32,000 bases of DNA from Isorropodon fossajaponicum endosymbiont JTNG4 (lineage in GTDB: Bacteria; Pseudomonadota; Gammaproteobacteria; PS1; Pseudothioglobaceae). The position numbers were made by a program, and so were the translations under genes. Numbering within the stretch: position 1 is the stretch's first letter; every line of letters begins with the position of its first letter. The DNA lies in the NCBI RefSeq assembly GCF_016592615.1, contig NZ_AP013043.1, positions 270,001-302,000 on the forward strand, in the 5' to 3' direction. This document shows, piece by piece, positions 16,376-26,645 of this stretch. Below the pieces are notes generated by a model. It was not told the DNA's origin and made no database searches. It saw only the letters and a list, made by a program, of their open reading frames with translations.

Positions 16376-18118
16376 ATGAGCATCCAATACACAGTTGCCA
16401 TTAAAGATATTCATGCTCATATTTTTAAGGTTGTATTAACCCTAAAAAACCCTAATTCATTAGGGCAAGTATTCTCATTACCCAATTGGATTCCTGGTAG
16501 TTATTTGATTCGTGATTTTGCTAAAAATATTATCAGTATTAAGGCTAAAAGCCACCACCAGCAAGTGCCGATTAAAAAACTTGATAAAAATCATTGGATT
16601 AGCTATCCTTGTGAAAATATACTAAGTATTGAATACGAGGTTTATGCCTTTGATTTATCAGTTAGGTCGGCTTATTTAGATAACGAGCGTGCTTTTTTTA
16701 ACGGTAGTAGTTTGTTTTTACTGCCTTTAGGGTTTGAGTCAGATTTGTGTGAGCTGAATATAAAGCCTGCCAATCAAACCTTAGACAACTGGTCGTGTGC
16801 CACAGGTTTGACAGCCTTAGGTAATATGAACTTTATTGCCCACAATTATCAAGATTTGATTGACCATCCTGTAGAAATGGCAGCTTTTACCAAGCTAGAG
16901 TTTGATGCAAGAGGCATTAGCCACAAAATGGCAATCACTGGAAAGCACAATGCAGATATCAAGCGTCTAACAAAGGATTTGGCGATTATATGCACTCACC
17001 ATATTGATTTTTTTAACGGCGTTATTCCATTTGATGAGTACTTATTTTTAACTCTAGTTAGAGCGAACGCTTATGGCGGATTGGAGCATAAAAACTCCTC
17101 AAGTCTTATTTGTTCTAGGAAAGAAATGCCAGTATTTAATGAGCATGATATAACACCAGAATACACAAGATTTTTAGCCCTATGCTCTCATGAATATTTC
17201 CACACTTGGTGGATTAAAACCATTAAGCCTGCCAGTTTTCATCAATTAGATTTGAATGCAGAAAACTACACTCAGCAGTTATGGATTTTTGAAGGCTTTA
17301 CGTCATATTATGATGAATTGTCTTTATTACGCGTTCAAATTTTAACACCAAAGCAATATTTAATTCTTTTTGCTCAAACCATAACACGAGTGCAGCAATC
17401 TAAAGGTAGGCAAAAACAATCCTTAGCAGAATCTAGTTACGACACTTGGACTAAGTTTTACCAACAAGATGAGAACGCTCCCAATGCCATTGTTAGTTAT
17501 TACACCAAAGGCGCATTGCTTGCTTTTGTGCTTGACATTAACATTAGACAGCGCACCAATGACAAGGCATCGCTGGATGATGTTTTAAAATTTGCTTGGG
17601 AGAATTATCAAGAATTTGGTCTAAAAGACAATACCATACAATGTATTGTCAATGATTTAGTTAAGGCTGATTTGTCTGATTTTTTCAATGATTATTTATA
17701 TGGTGTAAAAGAGTTGCCACTACAAGAAACCTTTGCTTATGTTGGTGTGGATTGTGTCTTTAGCATTAATAAAAAAGAGCTATCTAATTTCGGCATTAGT
17801 GTTAATACCAAAGGAGAATTTGTCCAAATTACAACTGTGTTTTCAGATACTTGTGCCCAAAAATATGGGCTGTATGTAGGTGATAAAATCATCACCATTA
17901 ATCATGAAAAAGTAAGTGGGAAGAGTTTAGTGGCAGTCATTAATCAGTATGCTGCTAATGAGATAATCAAAGTAGGGGTTTTAAGGGATGAATTGTTACT
18001 TGAGATATCCGTTAACATAACCGACAGCGAAAAGACTTTTTGCACACTAAGTATTCAAAATGATTTGAGTGCAGAAATTCTAGAAAGACAAAAAAAATGG
18101 TTTTCACAAGCAAAATAA
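16376..18118 (+). CDS. M61-family metallopeptidase (glycyl aminopeptidase-like) with C-terminal PDZ domain
   Basis: HEYFH zinc motif in the context ...LALCSHEYFHTWW.... The length and the C-terminal PDZ-like segment (...GLYVGDKIITINHEKV...) fit the family. Confidence 0.75.
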   Translation: MSIQYTVAIKDIHAHIFKVVLTLKNPNSLGQVFSLPNWIPGSYLIRDFAKNIISIKAKSHHQQVPIKKLDKNHWISYPCENILSIEYEVYAFDLSVRSAYLDNERAFFNGSSLFLLPLGFESDLCELNIKPANQTLDNWSCATGLTALGNMNFIAHNYQDLIDHPVEMAAFTKLEFDARGISHKMAITGKHNADIKRLTKDLAIICTHHIDFFNGVIPFDEYLFLTLVRANAYGGLEHKNSSSLICSRKEMPVFNEHDITPEYTRFLALCSHEYFHTWWIKTIKPASFHQLDLNAENYTQQLWIFEGFTSYYDELSLLRVQILTPKQYLILFAQTITRVQQSKGRQKQSLAESSYDTWTKFYQQDENAPNAIVSYYTKGALLAFVLDINIRQRTNDKASLDDVLKFAWENYQEFGLKDNTIQCIVNDLVKADLSDFFNDYLYGVKELPLQETFAYVGVDCVFSINKKELSNFGISVNTKGEFVQITTVFSDTCAQKYGLYVGDKIITINHEKVSGKSLVAVINQYAANEIIKVGVLRDELLLEISVNITDSEKTFCTLSIQNDLSAEILERQKKWFSQAK

Positions 18119-18888
18119 ACAATCCCAAAAACACACACACCGTTAAACCTAGAATGGTTTTGCCAAAATTACTAGTTAAACCAGTCGGGCGTGCAATTAG
18201 TGATTTTAAAATGATTAAGGAGGGGAATAAAATACTTTTGGCAGTATCTGGGGGTAAAGACTTGCTGGGTTTGTTCCATATTTTGCGCCATTTTCTTGCC
18301 TCTACGCCAATTCGTTTTGAACTTGGCGTGGTCACGATTAACCCCCAGGTAGATGGTTTTGAGCCACAAGCTTTGGAAAGTTTTTTAAATTTTTTTGACA
18401 CGCCTTATTTTTTTGAAGCCTTTCCAATTATGAAGCAAGCCGAAAAAAGCATGAAGGGCAATTCATATTACTCTTTTTGTGCTCGCATTAAGCGAGGACT
18501 AATGTATCAAGTGGCACGCCGTGAAGGCTACAATGTTTTAGCATTGGGGCAACATTTAGATGATTTGGTTGAATCACTAATGATGTCAATGTGTCATAAT
18601 GGCAAAATTCAAACCATGAAAGCTCATTATATTAACGACGCAAAAGATTTACGTATTATTCGACCACTAGCGTATGTTCGAGAAAGACAATTGGCTGATT
18701 TTGCCAAAACAACACACTTGCCCATCATTAAAGACTCCTGCCTAGCTTGCTACCAAATGCCCACCGGGCGAGCACATTTTAAACAGTGGTTGTTGACCGA
18801 AGAAAGATGTACGCCTAATTTGTATAAAAACCTACTAAGTGCCATGAAACCCATGCTAGATGAAACCAAGGAAGGCTTGAATGATTAG
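18097..18888 (+). CDS. TtcA-family PP-loop ATPase (tRNA 2-thiocytidine synthetase-like) with atypical motifs
   Basis: Collinear with E. coli TtcA as I recall it (...VGRAISDFKMIKEGNKILLAVSGGKD..., ...ALGQHLDDL..., ...IRPLAYVRE...). The start could instead be the ATG at 18154. See the finding on the motif changes. Confidence 0.7.
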   Translation: MVFTSKINNPKNTHTVKPRMVLPKLLVKPVGRAISDFKMIKEGNKILLAVSGGKDLLGLFHILRHFLASTPIRFELGVVTINPQVDGFEPQALESFLNFFDTPYFFEAFPIMKQAEKSMKGNSYYSFCARIKRGLMYQVARREGYNVLALGQHLDDLVESLMMSMCHNGKIQTMKAHYINDAKDLRIIRPLAYVRERQLADFAKTTHLPIIKDSCLACYQMPTGRAHFKQWLLTEERCTPNLYKNLLSAMKPMLDETKEGLND

Positions 18889-19720
18889 GTTTATTCTTTG
18901 GGTTTTTTCAATTATGTCACTAAGATTAAACCATTTTATGGGTACATTGATTGGCCAATATCTGTATTTAACACAATCTGATTCCAGGGCTGTGGTAAGT
19001 AAAAATATTCAACTTTGTTTTCCAAAATTAAATTTAAAGCAACAACAAACACTGGTTAAAAAATCACTCATAGAGTCAGGCAAAGGTTTAAGCGAGTCTG
19101 GATTTATTTGGTTTAGGGGGTTTGATGATAATGCTAAGTATGTTACAAAAACAATAGGTATGGAACATCTTAAAAGCGACAAAGCCGTTATCTTATTAGT
19201 GCCTCATTTTGGCTGTTGGGAATTGGTGGCTAGAATGGTGTCATTATCTGAACCAGTCGTATTTATGTATAAGACGTTAAAAGACAAACAACAAAATGCA
19301 TTATTACTTTCAAAACGAGAGCAGGGTGATTTACTAATGGCACCAGCCAATAAAAAAGGCGTTATTAAATTGCAAAGAGCAATTAATAACAAACAACTTA
19401 TTGCCATATTACCCGACCAAGATCCTGGCGAAGTGGGCAGTGTTTTGGTGCCATTTTTCTCACAAAATGCACGCACAATGACCTTACTCGCTAGGCTTGC
19501 TAGAAAGAACAATGCTCAAGTAGTAATGGCATGGGCAAAACGCCTACCAAGCGCTAAAGGTTATGAGCTTAACTTTAAACCAATAAAAATACTGTCTAAT
19601 ACTAACACGCTTGAAGATGATGTATCGCTGATGAATAAAGCCATTGAAGATTTGGTTACAACTCAGCCAGAACAATATTTGTGGAATTACAAGCGTTTTA
19701 AATCACTCGTTAAGTATTAG
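18881..19720 (+). CDS. Lipid A biosynthesis (Kdo)2-lipid IVA acyltransferase, LpxL/HtrB family
   Basis: ...VPHFGCWEL..., ...LPDQDPG..., ...VPFF...A.T... and C-terminal ...PEQYLWNYKRFK are family hallmarks. Confidence 0.75.
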   Translation: MIRFILWVFSIMSLRLNHFMGTLIGQYLYLTQSDSRAVVSKNIQLCFPKLNLKQQQTLVKKSLIESGKGLSESGFIWFRGFDDNAKYVTKTIGMEHLKSDKAVILLVPHFGCWELVARMVSLSEPVVFMYKTLKDKQQNALLLSKREQGDLLMAPANKKGVIKLQRAINNKQLIAILPDQDPGEVGSVLVPFFSQNARTMTLLARLARKNNAQVVMAWAKRLPSAKGYELNFKPIKILSNTNTLEDDVSLMNKAIEDLVTTQPEQYLWNYKRFKSLVKY

Positions 19721-19778
19721 TCAATAAAGGCTTCTGCACATAAACGAAATTTAAGACATTAGGGTTGTGTGATATAAT

Positions 19779-20483
19779 TTGACCATGAAATTTATTGAAG
19801 ATATTCAAAGTATTTTTGATCGCGACCCTGCTGCCAGAAACACCTTTGAAATCATAACTTGCTATTCTGGTGTACAAGCCATGTTGTTTTATCGTTTGAG
19901 CCATCGATTGTGGCGATTAAAATTTAAATGGCTGGCAAGATTTATATCATCACTAGCAAGATGGTTTACGGGTGTTGAAATTCACCCAGGTGCCATTATT
20001 GGTCGGCGTTTTTTTATTGATCATGGCATGGGTGTGGTTATTGGTGAAACTGCTGAAGTTGGTGATGATTGTACTTTGTATCATGGTGTTACACTGGGTG
20101 GCACAACTTGGCAAAAAGGCAAACGTCATCCTACTTTGGGTAATAATGTCGTGATTGGTGCTGGTGCAAAAATACTAGGCCCGATTACACTTGGCAATCA
20201 TGTTAGAGTCGGTTCAAATTCTGTTGTGGTTAAGTCTATCAATGAATTTCAAACGGTTGTTGGGGTGCCTGGGCGTGTGTTAAAAGACCAGCAAACTAAA
20301 TCAGACTATTTTGATTCTTATGCTGTGGGTGGCGATGTTGATGATCCTACTGTTAAAGCTATTAATTCTATCTTGACACATCTGCATGACGTAGATTCTC
20401 AATTGCACAAGGTGTCAAAAAAATTAAACATCAAAGACCAGCAAGATACCTCTGTGAATGGCTTGGAAATTGAAAGTAAATAA
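19779..20483 (+). CDS. cysE: Serine O-acetyltransferase
   Basis: ...DPAARN....Y.G..A...YRLSH.LW... and hexapeptide repeats ...[41 protein letters not shown].... Confidence 0.9.
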   Translation: MTMKFIEDIQSIFDRDPAARNTFEIITCYSGVQAMLFYRLSHRLWRLKFKWLARFISSLARWFTGVEIHPGAIIGRRFFIDHGMGVVIGETAEVGDDCTLYHGVTLGGTTWQKGKRHPTLGNNVVIGAGAKILGPITLGNHVRVGSNSVVVKSINEFQTVVGVPGRVLKDQQTKSDYFDSYAVGGDVDDPTVKAINSILTHLHDVDSQLHKVSKKLNIKDQQDTSVNGLEIESK

Positions 20484-20504
20484 CCATTTAATCATTAAGG
20501 TTTT

Positions 20505-20538
20505 TTACTTGACTAAATAACTTGGTTAAGTGTATAAT
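20505..20538 (+). promoter_or_regulatory. Putative sigma70 promoter of the isc operon with an overlapping IscR type-1-like site
   Basis: -35 ttgact (20509-20514), an 18-nt spacer, and -10 tataat (20533-20538). ttacttgactaaataacttggttaa (20505-20529) matches the type-1 IscR motif ATASYYGACTRWWWYAGTCRRSTAT, recalled from memory, at about 19 of 25 positions by my count. Confidence 0.5.
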
Positions 20539-20570
20539 TCATCCTGTTATTAACTAGAATTAGGACTGAT

Positions 20571-20990
20571 ATGCAACTAACAACTAAAGGTCGTTATGCA
20601 GTAACTGCAATGTTAGATTTGGCATCTAACGACACTGGAAAACCCATTACTTTAGATATTATTTCACAAAGGCAAAATATTTCTTTGTCTTATTTGGAGC
20701 AATTATTTGCTAAATTGCGTCGCGTTGAATTGGTTAAAAGTGTGCGTGGCCCAGGTGGTGGTTATTTGCTTGATGCTAAGGCTTGCGATATTAATTTAAC
20801 TCAAATTATCGAAGCGGTAGATGAAAATATTGACTTGCGTCGTTGTAAAGGTATCAAAGGGTGTAACAACGGGCGTCAGTGTATTTCGCATCAATTATGG
20901 TGCGAAGTTAGCGAACAAATTAGAACGTTTTTGAACGGCAAAACCTTACAAATGGTGATTGACGATCATAGCTTAAACAAAGGAGTATAA
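20571..20990 (+). CDS. iscR: Fe-S cluster assembly transcriptional regulator (Rrf2 family)
   Basis: [18 protein letters not shown]..., the C-x6-C-x5-C-x2-H ligand pattern ([16 protein letters not shown]), and its position ahead of iscS. Confidence 0.9.
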   Translation: MQLTTKGRYAVTAMLDLASNDTGKPITLDIISQRQNISLSYLEQLFAKLRRVELVKSVRGPGGGYLLDAKACDINLTQIIEAVDENIDLRRCKGIKGCNNGRQCISHQLWCEVSEQIRTFLNGKTLQMVIDDHSLNKGV

Positions 20991-20992
20991 AT

Positions 20993-22207
20993 ATGTCAAC
21001 CCCTACTTACATGGATTATTCAGCAACAACGCCCGTTGACGAGCGTGTTGCCAAAAAAATGATGCAACATCTAACCATGGATGGCGATTTTGGCAATCCA
21101 GCATCAAATTCTCATTATTATGGCTGGCAAGCTGATGAAGCTGTTAAAAAAGCCAGACAACAAGTGGCTGATTTGGTGGGTGCTGATTCAAAAGAAATTG
21201 TTTGGACTTCGGGTGCAACTGAATCTGATAATCTAGCCATTAAAGGTATTGCGCATTTTTATCACAAAAAAGGCAAACACATTATTACTTTAAAAACTGA
21301 GCATAAGGCAGTATTAGACACTTGTCGGCAACTAGAGCGTGAAGATTTTGAAGTCACCTATTTAGACCCAATGCCCAATGGCTTATTGGACTTAAATGTT
21401 TTAAAAGAGGCAATACGTGAAGATACTATATTGGTATCAATCATGCATGTTAATAACGAAATTGGCGTGATTCAAGATATTGAAGCCATTGGTAATCTTT
21501 GTCGTGAAAATAAGATTTTCTTTCATGTTGATGCGGCACAGTCAGCAGGCAAAGTGGCGATTGATTTATCAAAGCTACCTGTTGATTTGATGAGTTTTTC
21601 AGCTCATAAAATTTATGGACCCAAAGGTATGGGTGTACTTTATGTGCGTCGTAAGCCACGCGTGCGCATTGAAGCACAAATGCACGGTGGTGGGCATGAG
21701 CGAGGTATGCGTTCAGGCACTTTAGCCACACATCAAATTGTTGGTATGGGTGAAGCTTTTGCGATTGCACAAGCTGAGATGAAAGAGGAAAACGAAAAAA
21801 TTAGACGATTGCGTGACCGCTTGTTAGCAGGTTTTGTTGATATGGAAGAAGTTGTGGTCAATGGCGATATGGATAGTCGTATTCCAGGTAATCTAAATAT
21901 CAGTTTTAACTACGTTGAAGGCGAGTCTTTAATGATGGCCATTAATGATATCGCCGTATCTTCGGGCTCAGCTTGCACAAGTTCAAGTCTTGAGCCATCG
22001 TATGTTTTACGTGCACTAGGCTTGAGTGATGAATTAGCACACTCATCAATTAGATTTACCATTGGGCGTTATACAACCGAAGCACAAGTTGATAAGGCTA
22101 TTAGTTTGGTACGTACTAAAGTTGATAAATTACGTGATTTATCGCCACTTTGGGATATGTTCAAGGATGGTATTGATATCAGTAAGGTTGAATGGGCGGC
22201 ACATTAA
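20993..22207 (+). CDS. iscS: Cysteine desulfurase
   Basis: ...[13 protein letters not shown]..., ...[12 protein letters not shown]..., ...SSGSACTS..., ending ...VEWAAH. Confidence 0.95.
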   Translation: MSTPTYMDYSATTPVDERVAKKMMQHLTMDGDFGNPASNSHYYGWQADEAVKKARQQVADLVGADSKEIVWTSGATESDNLAIKGIAHFYHKKGKHIITLKTEHKAVLDTCRQLEREDFEVTYLDPMPNGLLDLNVLKEAIREDTILVSIMHVNNEIGVIQDIEAIGNLCRENKIFFHVDAAQSAGKVAIDLSKLPVDLMSFSAHKIYGPKGMGVLYVRRKPRVRIEAQMHGGGHERGMRSGTLATHQIVGMGEAFAIAQAEMKEENEKIRRLRDRLLAGFVDMEEVVVNGDMDSRIPGNLNISFNYVEGESLMMAINDIAVSSGSACTSSSLEPSYVLRALGLSDELAHSSIRFTIGRYTTEAQVDKAISLVRTKVDKLRDLSPLWDMFKDGIDISKVEWAAH

Positions 22208-22284
22208 TGAGCGTAATAAATACATGGGTTAGCGACTCACAACAAGACTAGAATAACAACAAGCATTTAAAAGGAGAAATAAAG

Positions 22285-22662
22285 ATGGCATATGGCGAAA
22301 AAGTGATGGATCATTATGAAAATCCACGTAATGTAGGCGTATTAGATAAGGACGCTAAAAATGTTGGCACAGGTATGGTGGGTGCACCCGCATGTGGTGA
22401 TGTGATGCGCTTGCAAATTCAGGTTGATGATAATGGCGTGATTGAAGATGCCAAGTTTAAAACTTATGGTTGTGGTTCTGCTATTGCATCAAGTTCATTG
22501 TTAACAGAATGGGTTAAAGGAAAAACACTAGATGAGGCGGCAGAAATTAAAAATTCTGATATTGTAGAAGAGTTGTCTTTGCCACCTGTTAAAATACATT
22601 GCTCAGTCTTGGCTGAAGACGCTATTAAAGCAGCCATTAATGACATTAAAAGCAAAGCCTAA
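22285..22662 (+). CDS. iscU: Fe-S cluster assembly scaffold protein
   Basis: ...GAPACGDVM..., ...YGCGSAIASSS..., ...LPPVKIHCS.... Confidence 0.95.
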   Translation: MAYGEKVMDHYENPRNVGVLDKDAKNVGTGMVGAPACGDVMRLQIQVDDNGVIEDAKFKTYGCGSAIASSSLLTEWVKGKTLDEAAEIKNSDIVEELSLPPVKIHCSVLAEDAIKAAINDIKSKA

Positions 22663-22668
22663 TTAATA

Positions 22669-22992
22669 ATGGCAATTACTTTAACTGACCGTGCGGCAGG
22701 GCGTGTTGTTGATTTTTTAACCAATCGCGGTTTTGGCATAGGTATTCGCTTTAGCGTGCAAACTACGGGCTGTTCTGGTCTTGGTTACAACATAGAATTT
22801 GTTGATAATACTAATAACGATGACACTGTATTTGAAGACAACGGTGTTAAAGTTATTGTTGATGCAAAGAGTTTAATTTATTTAGATGGCACGCAAGTTG
22901 ATTATGTTAAAGAAGGTTTAAATGAGGGTTTTGAGTTTAACAACCCAAATGCTAAAGCTGAATGTGGCTGTGGCGAATCTTTTACGGTTTAG
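22669..22992 (+). CDS. iscA: Iron-sulfur cluster insertion protein (A-type carrier)
   Basis: ...GCSG..Y...F... and C-terminal CGCGESF. Confidence 0.9.
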   Translation: MAITLTDRAAGRVVDFLTNRGFGIGIRFSVQTTGCSGLGYNIEFVDNTNNDDTVFEDNGVKVIVDAKSLIYLDGTQVDYVKEGLNEGFEFNNPNAKAECGCGESFTV

Positions 22993-23003
22993 TTTTTTAA
23001 AAA

Positions 23004-23510
23004 ATGGAAAACTATTTTGAGTTGTTTTCATTAGCAACTGACTTTGATATAAATATCGCTAAGCTCAACACTGAATACCAACAACAAGTCGCAAAATTTC
23101 ACCCTGATAAATTTGCCTCTGGTAGCGATAAAGAAAGGGCTTTGGCATTACAAAATACCTCGTTAATTAACACAGCATTTGACACCTTAAAATCCCCACT
23201 TAATCGTGCTAATTATTTATTAGAACTAAATGGCATTAACGCATTTGATGAAACAAATACTCAAATGGATGTTGATTTTTTAATGGCTCAAATTGAATTA
23301 AGAGAGGCTTTAGAGCCAATTCAAGCCAGCAAAGATGAGACGGCTTTAGATGGTTTTATTGAAAAGATAGATAAAAAAATTAAGCATAATGTAGATAATA
23401 TTAGAGCTTTATTTGCCAATACAAAAGCATTAAATGAGATTAAAGACCTGGTTAGGGAATTAAAATTTTATGAGCAATTAAATACTCATGCAAAACAATT
23501 AATGGATTAA
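23004..23510 (+). CDS. hscB: Fe-S co-chaperone (J-domain)
   Basis: J-domain with ...FHPDKF... and its position between iscA and hscA. Confidence 0.85.
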   Translation: MENYFELFSLATDFDINIAKLNTEYQQQVAKFHPDKFASGSDKERALALQNTSLINTAFDTLKSPLNRANYLLELNGINAFDETNTQMDVDFLMAQIELREALEPIQASKDETALDGFIEKIDKKIKHNVDNIRALFANTKALNEIKDLVRELKFYEQLNTHAKQLMD

Positions 23511-23542
23511 TGGATGAGTGGTTGTAGCAATCAATATCAATA

Positions 23543-25387
23543 ATGGCTTTATTACAAATATCAGAACCTGGTCAAGTATCCGTACCACATCAGCATAAAT
23601 TAGCGATTGGTATTGATTTAGGTACGACTAACTCATTGGTTGCATCCGTGATGAGTGGTCAAAGCAAAGTTCTCATGGATGAAAATAATCAGGTAATTTT
23701 GCCTTCGGTTGTACACTGTGGTAAGAATAATAAATTAACGGTTGGTTGTGATGCTTGCCCTTATGCAAACACTGATCCGACCAATACCATTATTTCAGTC
23801 AAACGTTTTATGGGCATGAGTTATAAAGAAGTTGCTACATTTAAAAATTGCCCTTACCAATTGCTTGAAAATGGCAATAATGTGTTATTTCACACCGCTA
23901 CGGGAGATTTGTCTGCGGTTGAAATTTCTGCCAGTATTTTAGCCTCACTCAAGCAACGCGCTGAAAAATCATTGGGTGGTGCGCTATCTGGCGCAGTAAT
24001 TACAGTACCTGCTTATTTTAATGATGCACAGCGTCAAGCAACTAAAGATGCAGCAACCTTAGCTGGACTCAAAACTTTGCGTTTGCTTAATGAGCCAACA
24101 GCAGCAGCGGTTGCTTACGGCTTAGAATCGGGTGAAGGGGGTGTACATGCAATTTATGACCTAGGTGGTGGTACGTTTGATATTTCAATTTTAAGCTTTA
24201 GCAAAGACGTGTTCAAGGTATTAGCAACAGGCGGTGATTCTACCTTAGGCGGTGATGATTTTGATGCGCTGATTATTGATGATTGTATCAAGCAATTGGG
24301 TATTAGTGAACTTACACCTACCCAAATGCAAAGAATTAAGCAATTTTCACGCACCGCTAAAGAAACTTTGAGCAATCATGAGTTTGCAGAGTTTGATTGC
24401 ATTGAAAAACCTTATCGCATCACCAAAGAAAAATTTGAAACGCTAGCCAAAGCACTCATTAAACGCACTTTACTTTTAACCAAACGAGCCCTTAGAGATG
24501 CACAAATTGATGTTGAAGGTATTAAAGATATTATTATGGTAGGTGGTTCTACACGCATGCCCTTGGTTCGTTCTATGGTGGGTGATTTATTTAAAAAACC
24601 AGTTTTATGCTCCATTAATCCAGATGAAGTGGTTGCTAAAGGTGCAGCAATACAAGCCAATATTTTGGCTGGCAATAAATCACAAGAGGATATATTGTTA
24701 TTAGATGTATTGCCGTTGTCACTTGGGCTTGAAACGATGGGAGGATTGGTGGAAAAAGTCATTCAACGCAACACCACAATTCCTATTATTCGTGCACAAG
24801 AATTTACCACCTTTAAAGATGGGCAAACAGCCATGAGCATTCATGTATTGCAAGGTGAAAGAGAATTGGTTAAAGATTGCCGCTCATTGGCTAAATTTGA
24901 TTTGCACGGCATCCCACCCATGGTGGCAGGTAGTGCTCGCATTCAAATAGAGTTTCAAGTGGATGCTGATGGCTTGTTATCTGTGAGTGCTGTTGAGAAA
25001 ATATCAGGCGTTAAAACAAACATCATCATCAAGCCATCTTACGGATTAACAGATGCGCAAATGGAAAAGATGCTTAAAGATTCTGTTTTATTTGCCAAAA
25101 CTGATATTCAAACCAGACAACTTCATGAGACACAAGTAGAGGCAGACAGAACTATTCAAGCCATAGATTCAGCACTTAAAAAAGACAAGCACATGCTTGA
25201 TGATAAAATGCTTAATAATATCTTAACTGCAAGAACGATACTATTTAACATGACTCACTCTGATGATAAAAAAGCCATTAAAACCGCCATTGACAATCTT
25301 GAGAACACTTGTTCAAAATTTGTCGAGATGCGTATGAACAGTACCGTTATGAAAGCCATGAAAGGTCATAATGTTGATGAATTTTAA
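23543..25387 (+). CDS. hscA: Fe-S cluster assembly Hsp70-type chaperone
   Basis: ...[12 protein letters not shown]..., ...[10 protein letters not shown]..., ...VGGSTRMP..., with a length of 614 aa. Confidence 0.95.
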   Translation: MALLQISEPGQVSVPHQHKLAIGIDLGTTNSLVASVMSGQSKVLMDENNQVILPSVVHCGKNNKLTVGCDACPYANTDPTNTIISVKRFMGMSYKEVATFKNCPYQLLENGNNVLFHTATGDLSAVEISASILASLKQRAEKSLGGALSGAVITVPAYFNDAQRQATKDAATLAGLKTLRLLNEPTAAAVAYGLESGEGGVHAIYDLGGGTFDISILSFSKDVFKVLATGGDSTLGGDDFDALIIDDCIKQLGISELTPTQMQRIKQFSRTAKETLSNHEFAEFDCIEKPYRITKEKFETLAKALIKRTLLLTKRALRDAQIDVEGIKDIIMVGGSTRMPLVRSMVGDLFKKPVLCSINPDEVVAKGAAIQANILAGNKSQEDILLLDVLPLSLGLETMGGLVEKVIQRNTTIPIIRAQEFTTFKDGQTAMSIHVLQGERELVKDCRSLAKFDLHGIPPMVAGSARIQIEFQVDADGLLSVSAVEKISGVKTNIIIKPSYGLTDAQMEKMLKDSVLFAKTDIQTRQLHETQVEADRTIQAIDSALKKDKHMLDDKMLNNILTARTILFNMTHSDDKKAIKTAIDNLENTCSKFVEMRMNSTVMKAMKGHNVDEF

Positions 25388-25409
25388 CAAAAATATTTAG
25401 GAAGCCTAT

Positions 25410-25748
25410 ATGCCACAAATCATTGTACTACCCCATCATGAATTATGCCTAGAAGGCATTGTTATTGAAACTCAATCAGGTGTTAGTGTTTGCGATGCAC
25501 TACTTGCCAATGACGTTGAAATTGAGCATGCTTGTGAAATGTCAAACGCTTGCACAACTTGCCATATTTATCTGCGCGAAGGATTTGATTCAGTAGAGGA
25601 GTCAGATGAAATAGAGGATGATTTATTAGACAAAGCTTGGGGCTTAGACCCAAATTCTCGCCTATCTTGCCAAACGATTATGGGTGACACTGATTTGGTA
25701 ATTGAAATCCCAAAATACACCATCAATCAAGTCTCTGAAACTCACTAA
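25410..25748 (+). CDS. fdx: ISC-type [2Fe-2S] ferredoxin
   Basis: ...IEHACE...ACTTCH..., ...DKAWGL...SRLSCQ..., ...IEIPKYTIN. Confidence 0.9.
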   Translation: MPQIIVLPHHELCLEGIVIETQSGVSVCDALLANDVEIEHACEMSNACTTCHIYLREGFDSVEESDEIEDDLLDKAWGLDPNSRLSCQTIMGDTDLVIEIPKYTINQVSETH

Positions 25749-25769
25749 ATGCCATTTTACTAAGGATAC

Positions 25770-26194
25770 TCCTGACTAAACCCAACACAAATCAGTACAA
25801 TCTACCACTAGTTTTAAAAATACTTCCAATCAAAGGAGTATCCAATGCCACAAAATCTAGCAACAAGCACATTCAAAAATACCCTCCCCCGAGTCTTCTC
25901 TAAGCCCTAAACCCCTCAAAACCCAGTGCCTTTGCACTTGCTCTTTTTAGTCTTTCATTCTCCATTGGCACACTACGCAACGCCCTAGGCTCTATAAACT
26001 AATTCACTGCTTGTGACCAATTTCTAATTGGCATCGTCCATTTCTTACTGGCTGCTTCAATGGCCAAAAAGACAACTTTAAAAGCAGAATCATCGTGATT
26101 AAAAATCTTTCTATTCTTGATAGATTTACGAATCACTGAGTTTAAGGATTCAATGGCATTGGTGGTATAGACTGCCTTTCTAATGGCTTCAGGA
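25770..26194 (-). pseudogene. 3' fragment of an IS256-family transposase (C-terminal ~70 codons plus terminal region)
   Basis: Minus-strand translation IPEAIRKAVYTTNAIESLNSVIRKSIKNRKIFNHDDSAFKVVFLAIEAASKKWTMPIRNWSQAVN* is the conserved IS256-family C-terminus. It is fused at 26194/26195 to an internal point of IS-A copy 3. The outer terminus near 25770 (cctgactaaaccc) resembles cctgtaaacc near 7307. Boundaries are approximate. Confidence 0.75.
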
Positions 26195-26645
26195 ATTGTA
26201 TTGTTGGCAAGCCTTGTTTATCTTGATAATCATATCACTTGGTGATTGTCCACAGCGAACAAGGCTGTTGCCTTTTTTAAGATTTCATTGTCCCTTTGTG
26301 CGCGCCAAAGTTGTTTCTCAAGCAGTTGTATTGTTTGTTGTTCAGAAGTCAGCGCTTTGCCTGACTCTGGTGTTTGTCCACCAAGCTCTGCTAGGTATTG
26401 TTTTCTCCATCTGCTAACTGCTGAGGAGCAAGCTCCTGATATTATCATGATTTTTTTTATTGGTGTAATTCTCATGCACCATGAGTTTGGCATAATCTAG
26501 TGTTCCCCCTCAAGGGGGTATTGAACAGAATGTTCAACGGTAAAAGTCACTCGTTGTTTTCTTGATTTATATTGTGTCATTACTGACCTCCTTATGGTTT
26601 GTATTATAAGGCTATCTTTGTGTCCAAGTAGGTTAGAGCATTGCA
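26195..26645 (-). mobile_element. IS-A copy 3: 5' 451 bp (left terminus, SD, orfA), truncated internally
   Basis: It is the reverse complement of copy 1 positions 1-330 plus the 122-bp 5' leader shared with copy 2. The terminal 27 bp is a perfect inverted repeat of the copy 1 right end. Confidence 0.9.

Noticed and set aside
25846-25911. 21-codon ORF with a good AGGAG Shine-Dalgarno downstream of fdx
   Set aside because: It lies within the terminal region of the IS256 fragment, is very short, and has no resemblance to IscX. It is mentioned under the fdx finding but not called as a gene.
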